Source: the human T2T-CHM13v2.0 reference genome, Homo sapiens
Strand: one strand, 5' to 3'
NCBI RefSeq assembly: GCF_009914755.1
Contig: NC_060928.1
Length of the DNA: 64,000 bases
In this document: positions 52,477 through 64,000 of the stretch, piece after piece
How positions within the stretch are numbered: position 1 is the first letter of the stretch
Layout: every line of letters starts with the position of its first letter
The notes under the pieces: generated by a model
What the model was told of the DNA's origin: nothing
Seen by the model: only the letters and a program-made list of their open reading frames with translations
The model's database searches: none
Position numbers and translations under genes: made by a program

Positions 52477-55400
52477 ATGAATACATTCTTAAAGACTAAA
52501 AGAGGTGACAATTCAATCTGAAAATCTGAAAACCATAGCCTTGTCTTAATGGCAGTACCAAGTGAGTAACTTGAGGGAGTTAGGGAGGCAGGTATTTCAA
52601 CCCTCCACTGGACTTCAATATTTAATGTAGGCAAATAATATTATCTGACCCTTTTGAAAATAAAGCTGTCTAAATAAGCTTTTTAAAATTTCCTTCCTCT
52701 ACCTTCTAACATCTCTAAACTTCTCATATAGGGAAAGCCCCAAATCCATTAGTTCACAATGCTTTATCTCTCTCACCTTCTGGGCTCAGAGAGAACATAC
52801 TGGCATTTTTGAGATATACAGACTATTCTTCTTTCCTGAAAACTGATGGGAAAAGCTAGCTTCTCCATACACTCTTTGTCAGATTTTATTTTTAGAACCA
52901 GAGATCTCATTAGTATGACTTATCAAGAGAGACTTGTCTCATCAGAGTTATTAAGCATTAAAATTCTACCTGTCTGTCTAATACATACACCTATTGTTGG
53001 CCTATTTGAGATATGTTCAAACAATATAAATTAGAAATCAATACAGAAAGGACTATAGTCAATCCCAGAGCTTGCTGTCCACATTGAATTAAAGTAAATC
53101 CAATTCAAAGATTTGATTTATTTTTGCCATCTCCTTCATTCATTAAAATTTTACAACAAGGTAGTAAAATAGTTATTTCCATTTTGCTGACCAGCTATTC
53201 TTCTCTCACTTCAGTCAATATTATCTGTTTAATTTGCATAAATATTCTTTAATATTAGATTACATACCATGTATAAAGTTATATGTATTTTAAAAATATG
53301 TAGAGTCACAAGCTAAAATTAAATATCCAAGAACATGAAGCAATTCCAGCAATAAATTTCAGCTGAAAAATATGGCTAGATATAATCCTATTTTGGGAAA
53401 AAAAAACCAGAAAACTATCTTAAATTCATGGCGGGATCAACTAAACTGAATGTGTTGAATGATAAGAATCTTAGGAGACTAATCTCCATATTTATAAAAA
53501 TACCTGAACCTCTTTTCAATTACAAAAGTATGTTAATTAACTTAAATGGAACAATACAATTTTTACATAATTTTAAAGTTGTTGCTTATATTTATAAAAC
53601 CATTCACTAAAAAGATCACAGCATCCAAGATTCAAAGATATTTTCATAAAAATGATACCATGAAATGTAAGTATAATCTTTATTTCATCTCATGCCATAC
53701 ATTAGTATTACTATTTGTAAAGCATCTCAAAGGTCCTTCAGTTTGCAACTGCATAATCTATGTAAAATTTGAATTTGTCTTATACAAAAATGAAATAGTT
53801 CAAGGTTACCAAAGTTATTACACTCATTAAATAAAAAACCTTAAAGGTACATCTCAGAACACTTAATTGAATTTCAGTGAAAGAATTAATTAATAAAGGA
53901 GCCAATATATCAATCATGATGGTAAAAAGAAAGGAGACACAATAACCTAATTAATAATACAAGTCAAATATTCATCTTTAGAAGTGAAAAAATATAACTA
54001 TTGGTTCTGGATTGAATCCAGACACTTTTTAAAAATTTGACAATTTTTACTAGCACATTAAAGCAGTCATTATTTACTGTAAATAAATTTATACATGTGT
54101 TTAGTAAGCTTTTTAATTCCAGTGAATGTGTTGTATTCATGCATGTCTTTTGGACAACCTTCAGATCTGCATTAACTAATTATTTCATAGTCTAGGCAAT
54201 GATTTTCTGGCCAAATCATCAATATGTGCAGTGTTATGTATCAACCTATAAATAACGCAGTTAAAGCTCTTTAGGAATTATGGAGGCAGAACTGTGTGAA
54301 GGCTGAAAAGTTGAAATCACCTTGTCCAAACTAGAAGAGGTTGAGGGTTTGATTTTCTATTAGCTAATTAAATGTATTTTTATAATAAAAGAAAAAATAA
54401 TAAAGCCAAAATAATGGTTTTATTTTCGAAGGTGGAAGAGTATTCTCTTAATGGCTTTAATTAAATTTGAAAATCCAGAAAAAGGCTTTTTACTTCTCGA
54501 AAAATTTTTCTTTTTATCTTAATGTTTATTTGATAATTTCATGATATATAGGCATACTTCCATAATTTTACAAAACAAAGCCATAATATGTATATAATGG
54601 ATATATATGTGAGTATATCATCTATTTAGATACTTTATTCATTTGTCTACACTTACACACATATATAAAGTATATATATAAAGTATACATATATAAAGTA
54701 TATATTTATATATACTTTATAGTAAGACAATTATTTTCATTTTTGGTCATTTTGTTTGGGTTTTCTCTCTACTTCTCTTTCCCTTCCAGCCTTATCAGGC
54801 CCTGGCTCCAACACAAGCTGTCCATGCTAATTTTTAAATATTCTTTTATCCTTATTAGCTTTGAGTAAATTTATTTAATTAGAATAAAGAGTTTTCATAG
54901 AAATTCTAAATTCAAATTAATATTGCATCAAGTTTGAAATAATTTTTTATGATATTGTATATTCCAGTTATAATGGCAGCATATTTTATAAATATTTTAA
55001 TATTTTTATTATGCTTACACATTCAAATTAATTTGGAGACATATCTATACAAATAAACCTATGTATTTTTTTTTTTTTTTGCTTTCTGTATCTTCTTTTA
55101 TTTTCCCTCAACAGTATCTCTGAAAATCATGCAAAACCACAAGTACAAGGATAGTGTATTTTTATGTCTGCCACTATTTTATGGTATGGAGGACCATGAT
55201 ATGATCCACCATTTTCAAACAACACTGCACTAATGTTCCCATAAATGCCTCTTACTATTTTTTTTTTAATTTTAATGCATAGGGGATAGATTTTCAAGGA
55301 GTGGAATTACTAGGTTTAAATGTATAGGGATTTTTCAGTCTGTAAAGATTTGCTGTATTCATTTGCTTTTCACCGGCGATGTAGGACTAGTTTTTGCTCA

Positions 55401-55812
55401 CATTTTAATATAGTAGTAGATGCTAAAGATTTTTTATTTTGTGTTTTTTTTTTTTGTTTGGTTGTTGTTGTGGATTTTTTGTTGTTGCTGCTTTTTGTTT
55501 GTGTTTTTTGCCTTACAGTTTAAGATAAGGAATTATTTTAAACTGAGGTACATTTCGTTGACTAATGTCAGTATGGGCAGTTTTTAAACATAATTTGTTA
55601 CTTGGATTTGATCTTTTTTAAAATCCCCTACTAAAATATTTACATATATGTATTAGATTTTTTCTTATTATTTTGTAAAAGCTCACTACATATTGTAAAT
55701 AGTTTATTAATCTTGTGTATTGCTATTTTTTTTTTCAAAATCTGTTTACTGCATATTGATGTTATTTATGGGGCCTTTTGCTTTGGAATAAGTTTAATTA
55801 TGATAGCTTTTC

Positions 55813-55842
55813 GTGTGTGTGTGTGTGTGTGCGTGTGTGTGT
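55813..55842. repeat. (TG)n microsatellite
   Basis: Read directly from the sequence. Confidence 0.95.
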
Positions 55843-56367
55843 ACACATAGGTTCCCTCTGTCTTTCTAAATGATCCCTCTCTTTAGATACATAATAGATA
55901 GATGATAGATACAGAAATATAGGTAGGTAAAGATAAACAGATATATATAGATACATAGAGATCATCTAAGTTACTAAGTTACTAGACTTGATCAAGAATT
56001 TCTCCCCTGCTTCTAAATTACACACAGCTTCTTCTAGATGTTTTCGCAATAGATTAACTCTTATTTGCTCACATATGTGTATTTAGACTATCAGGAAAAT
56101 ATTTTTCCACATGATGCAAAATAGAAGTTGTATTTTGCTTTCTTCCGCGTGTATAGCTATTTGTGCAAGCACAATTTATTAAACGATATTTTTTCATTTT
56201 TACTTTTCCCATTTAAAATATTAATATTATACTTATGCTGAGATCTATTCTTTAATTATTTGTCATTGATCTACATACCAATTTCTATAACAACACTATA
56301 CTAATTCTAGAATGCTAGCTTTGTAATACATCCATATTTTTTTGTGACATGCCTTTTTACACTCTTC

Positions 56368-56696
56368 TTTTTTTTTTTTTTTTTTTTTTTGGATGGGTGG
56401 GAAATGGAGTCTGACTCTGTTGCCAGGCTGGAGTGCAGTGGCATGATATCAGCTCACTGCAAGTTCCTCCCAAGTTCCTCCCAAGTTCAAGCAACTCTCT
56501 GCCTCACCCTCCCGAGTAGCTGTAATTACAAGCTCCAGCCACCACGTCTGGCTAGTTTTTTTTTTTTTTTGTATTTTTAGTAGAGACAGGGTTTCACCAT
56601 CTTGGCCAGGCTGGCCTTGAACTCCTGACCTCGTGATCCATCCACTTCGGCCTCTCAAAGTGCTGGGATTACATGCATGAGCCACTGCACCCGGCC
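56368..56696 (-). mobile_element. AluS (Sc/Sg-like)
   Basis: Poly-T plus Alu body; TSD cact(c/t)ttcttt. Confidence 0.93.
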
Positions 56697-57182
56697 CACT
56701 TTTCTTTGTAGAGTTTACAGTGGCTTTGGTAATTCTTCAGGTAGTAGCAGATAACAGGCTACTACCTGAAGTAATCTAGAAGTGAAGAACAAAATTCTTT
56801 TTTCCTTTTTAGCCTGAGGTAATTTATTTGATTAAAATAAAAAGTTTTCATAGAGATTCTAAATTCAAATTAATATTGTATCAAATTTAAGATAATTTTT
56901 TAATGGTATTGTATATTCCAGTTATAAGGCGGCGTATCTTTCTATTTGATATTGCCTCATTTTATTTAATAAGATTTTACAGTTTTCTTTATCCATTTAG
57001 AGTCTTTCTTATATAATTTATTCTTAATTATTTTACAATGATCCCTATGGTAGAGGTACCATTTTATCTAAACTCACTTCCTGGCATTTATTGCTAGATT
57101 AGGAAAAAAACACAAAACCTTTTTTTCCCCCTTACATTTATTTATAAACAGTGTATACCTTCTATCTAAAGATATGTCTTGT

Positions 57183-58168
57183 GGGGGTGGTGCCCAGATG
57201 GCCAAACAGGAACAGCTTCAGTCTGCAGCTCCCAGTGTGAATGATGCAGAAGATGGGTGATTTCCGCATTTCCAACTGAAGTACCAGGTTCATCGAACTG
57301 GGGCTTGCCAGACAAGTGGGTGCAGCCCATGGAGGAGGGTGGGGCATTTCCTCACCCAGGAAGTGCAAGGGGTTGGGGAATTCCCTTTCCTAGCAAAGGG
57401 AAGCCATGACAGACAGCACCTGGAAAATCGGGAGACTCCCAATCTAATACTGCGCTTTAGCAACAGCCTTAGCAAACGGCACACCAGGAGATTATATCCC
57501 GCCCCTGGCTCAGAGGGTCCCACGCCCACGGAGCATTGCTCACTGCTAACACAGCAGTCTGAGATCAAACTGCAAGGCTTCAGCGAGGCTGGGGGAGGGG
57601 CATCCACTATGGCTGAGGCTTGAGTAGGTAAGAAAAGCTGCCAGGAAGCTCAAACTTGGTGGAGTCCACCACAGCTCAAGGAGGCCTACCTGCATCTGTA
57701 GACTCCACCTCTAGGGGCAGGGCATAGCTGAACAAAAGGCAGCAGAAACTTCTGCAGAGTTAAATGTCCCTGTCTGACAGCTTTGAAGAGATAGTTGTTC
57801 TCCCAGCAAGGAGTTTGAGATCTGAGAATGGACAGATTGCCTCATCAAGTGGGTCCCTGACACCCCAGTAGCCTAACTGGGAGGCACCTCCCAGTAAGGG
57901 AGTGACTGATACCTCATAAGGCTGGGTGCCTCTCTGAGACGAAGCTTCCAGAGGAAGGATCAGGCAGCAAAAATTTCTGTTCTGCAGTGTCCACTGGTGA
58001 TACCAAGACAAACAGGGTCTGGAGTGGACTTCCAGCAAACTCCAACAGACCTGCAGCTGAGGGTCCTGACTGTTAGAAGGAAAACTAACAAACAGAAAGG
58101 ACATCCACACCAAAACCCCATCTGTATATCACCATCATCAAAGACCAAAGGTAAATAAAACCACAAAG
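57183..58168 (+). promoter_or_regulatory. L1 5' UTR internal promoter region
   Basis: Position upstream of the ORF1 ATG; YY1-like ccagatggcc near the 5' end; many CpGs decayed to TpG/CpA. Confidence 0.7.
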
Positions 58169-59191
58169 ATGGGGAGAAACCAGAGCAGAACAGCTGAAAA
58201 TTCTAAAAATCAGAGTGCCTCTTCTCCTTCAAAGAAACACAGCTCCTCGCCAGCAATGGAACAAACCTGGATGGAGAACGACTTTGACGAGTTGAGAGAA
58301 GAAAGCTTCAGACAATCAGTAATAACAAACTTCTCTAAGCTAAAGGAGGATGTTTGAACCCATCACAAAGAAGGTAAAAACCTTGAAAAAGAGTAGACGA
58401 ATGGCTAACTAGAATAAACAGTTTAAAGAAGTCCTTAAATGACCTGTTGAGGCTGAAAACCATGGCAGAAGAACTATGTGACGCATGCACAAGCTTCAGT
58501 AGCTGATTTGATCAAGTGGAAGAAAGGGTATCAGTGATTGAAGATCAAATGAATGAAATGAAGTGAGAAGAGAAGTTTAGAGAAAAAAGAGTAAAAAGAA
58601 ACAAATAAAGCCTCCAAGAAATATGGGACTATGTGAAAAGACCAAATCTACGTCTGACTGGTGTACCTGAAAGTGATGGGGAGAATGGATCCAAGTTGGA
58701 AAACACTCTTCAGGATATCATCCAGGAGAGCTTCCCCAACCTAGCAAGGCAGGCCAACATTCAAATTCAGGAAATACAGAGAATGCCACAAACATACTCC
58801 TCGAAAAGAGCAACTCCAAGACACATAATTGTCAGATTCACCAATGCTGAAATGAAGGAAAAAATGTTAAGGGCAGCCAGAGAGAAAGGTCAGGTTACCC
58901 ACAAAGGAAAGCCCATCAGACTAACAGCAGATCTCTCAGCAGAAATCCTACAAGTGAGAAGAGAGTGGGGGCCAATATTCAACATTCTTAAAGAAAAGAA
59001 TTTTCAACCCAGAATTTCATATCCAGCCATACTAAGATTCATAAGTGATGGAGAAATAAAATACTTCACAGAAACAAATGGTGAGAGAATTTGTCACCAC
59101 CAGGCCTGCACTAAAAGAGCTCCTGAAGGAAGCACTAAACATGGAAAGGAACAACCAGTACCAGTCACTGCAAAACCATGACAAATTGTAA
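58169..59191 (+). pseudogene. L1 ORF1p, disrupted
   Basis: MGRNQSRTAENSKNQSAS... and KRPNLRLTGVPESDGENG...PRHIIVRF...NFQPRISYPA; multiple stops and frameshifts. Confidence 0.93.
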
Positions 59192-59254
59192 AGACCATCA
59201 ACACTAGGAAGAAACTGCATCAACTAAACAGCAAAATAACCAGCTACCATCATA

Positions 59255-63073
<3,819 letters not shown>

Positions 63074-64000
63074 ACAATGGGAACACATGGACACAGGGTG
63101 GGGAACATCACACACTGGGGCCTGCCGGGTTGGTTTGGAGGGGGCAGGGATAGCATTAAGAGATATACCTAATGTAAATGGCAAGTTATTGGGTGCAGCA
63201 CACCAACATGGCACCTGTATACATATGTAACAAAAGTGCTTGTTGTGCACATGTACCCTAGAACTTAAAGTAAAATAATAAAAAAATAAAGAAATGTCTT
63301 GTTAACATCAATTATTTTCTTCACATTATTGATTTAATGAGTTGTATTGATAATTTTTTTTAAAGTTAATTGCCTTTCCATAATTTAAATAAAGTGTTCT
63401 TCATCCACTATTGTGGCTCCTGTGATTTTGCTTGATCTACTTAGTATTTTATGTGGAATATTTTTTCAGATAAGAATGTCATTTCCATCATTCTAGACAT
63501 TTAGTATGAACATTGTTTTGGCTTGCTAATTTGGATTGAAGAATTTTATTATATGGATTTGGTGTAGCCAATATAAATAAAAATAAAATTATATTTTTTA
63601 TAGTGTGCTGAAACTCAGATGTAACATTCTAGTTTGGGTACTCTTTACAATGATAGGTCTTAAATAACCCTCTAATCTCTTCTAGGAATTGGACTGTTTG
63701 CATTTTCTACTAATTCTTTGGCCAAACTCATATTTTGGATTTTGCTGAGGAAAGCATCTGTTATCTCCAGACTTTCAATAATCTTTCATGATATTATACA
63801 TAATAATTGCTTCATTATGTTTAGTTGTGTTCCTAATTTTTTCTTCGTACTTTTGTAAATTTTTTGTCTCTTTTTTTCTTATTCAAAATACATACATAAT
63901 TATTGATTTTACATATCTTTTCAAAATTGCAAATTTGGGTTTTCTTTCTATAGCAGTAGTTTTTCACATTTTTTTCTATTTATTGTTATCTTGTTTTTTT

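Larger units (their letters stand above)
54750..57160 (-). mobile_element. Ancient L1M(E) remnant, continuing at ~63300-64000 after the L1PA5 insertion
   Basis: aggagtggaattactagg; caagcacaatttattaaa; ttcctggcatttattgctag; colinear L1M-like text resumes after 63302. Confidence 0.55.

Overview
AT-rich, repeat-dense primate (human-like) nuclear DNA, either intergenic or deep intronic. I found no credible host protein-coding gene, RNA gene or CRISPR array; the recognisable ORFs in the track are broken L1 ORF1/ORF2, Alu, LTR or ERV gag fragments, and the rest look like chance ORFs. Main elements: a full-length but disabled L1PA5-like LINE-1 with a 16-bp target-site duplication (TSD) at 57183-63286; a two-LTR, gag-only ERV1 provirus with a tRNA-Pro primer-binding site and 4-bp TSD at 12016-16648 (minus); a young twin-primed L1PA2-like insertion at 49188-50022; several older L1 fragments; 13 Alu/FLAM elements, 12 of them on the minus strand; MaLR and MER50 LTRs; and L2, MIR and DNA-transposon relics. 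The most interesting leads are a candidate 33-nt frame-preserving microexon (27533-27565), a motif-rich unique block resembling a developmental enhancer (~25250-26150), an inverted MaLR LTR pair sharing apparently private variants (46276-47176), and a displaced ~125-bp duplication (54862/56815). I cannot support a new biological system from sequence alone. Repeat subfamily names come from recall of consensus sequences, not from a database search.
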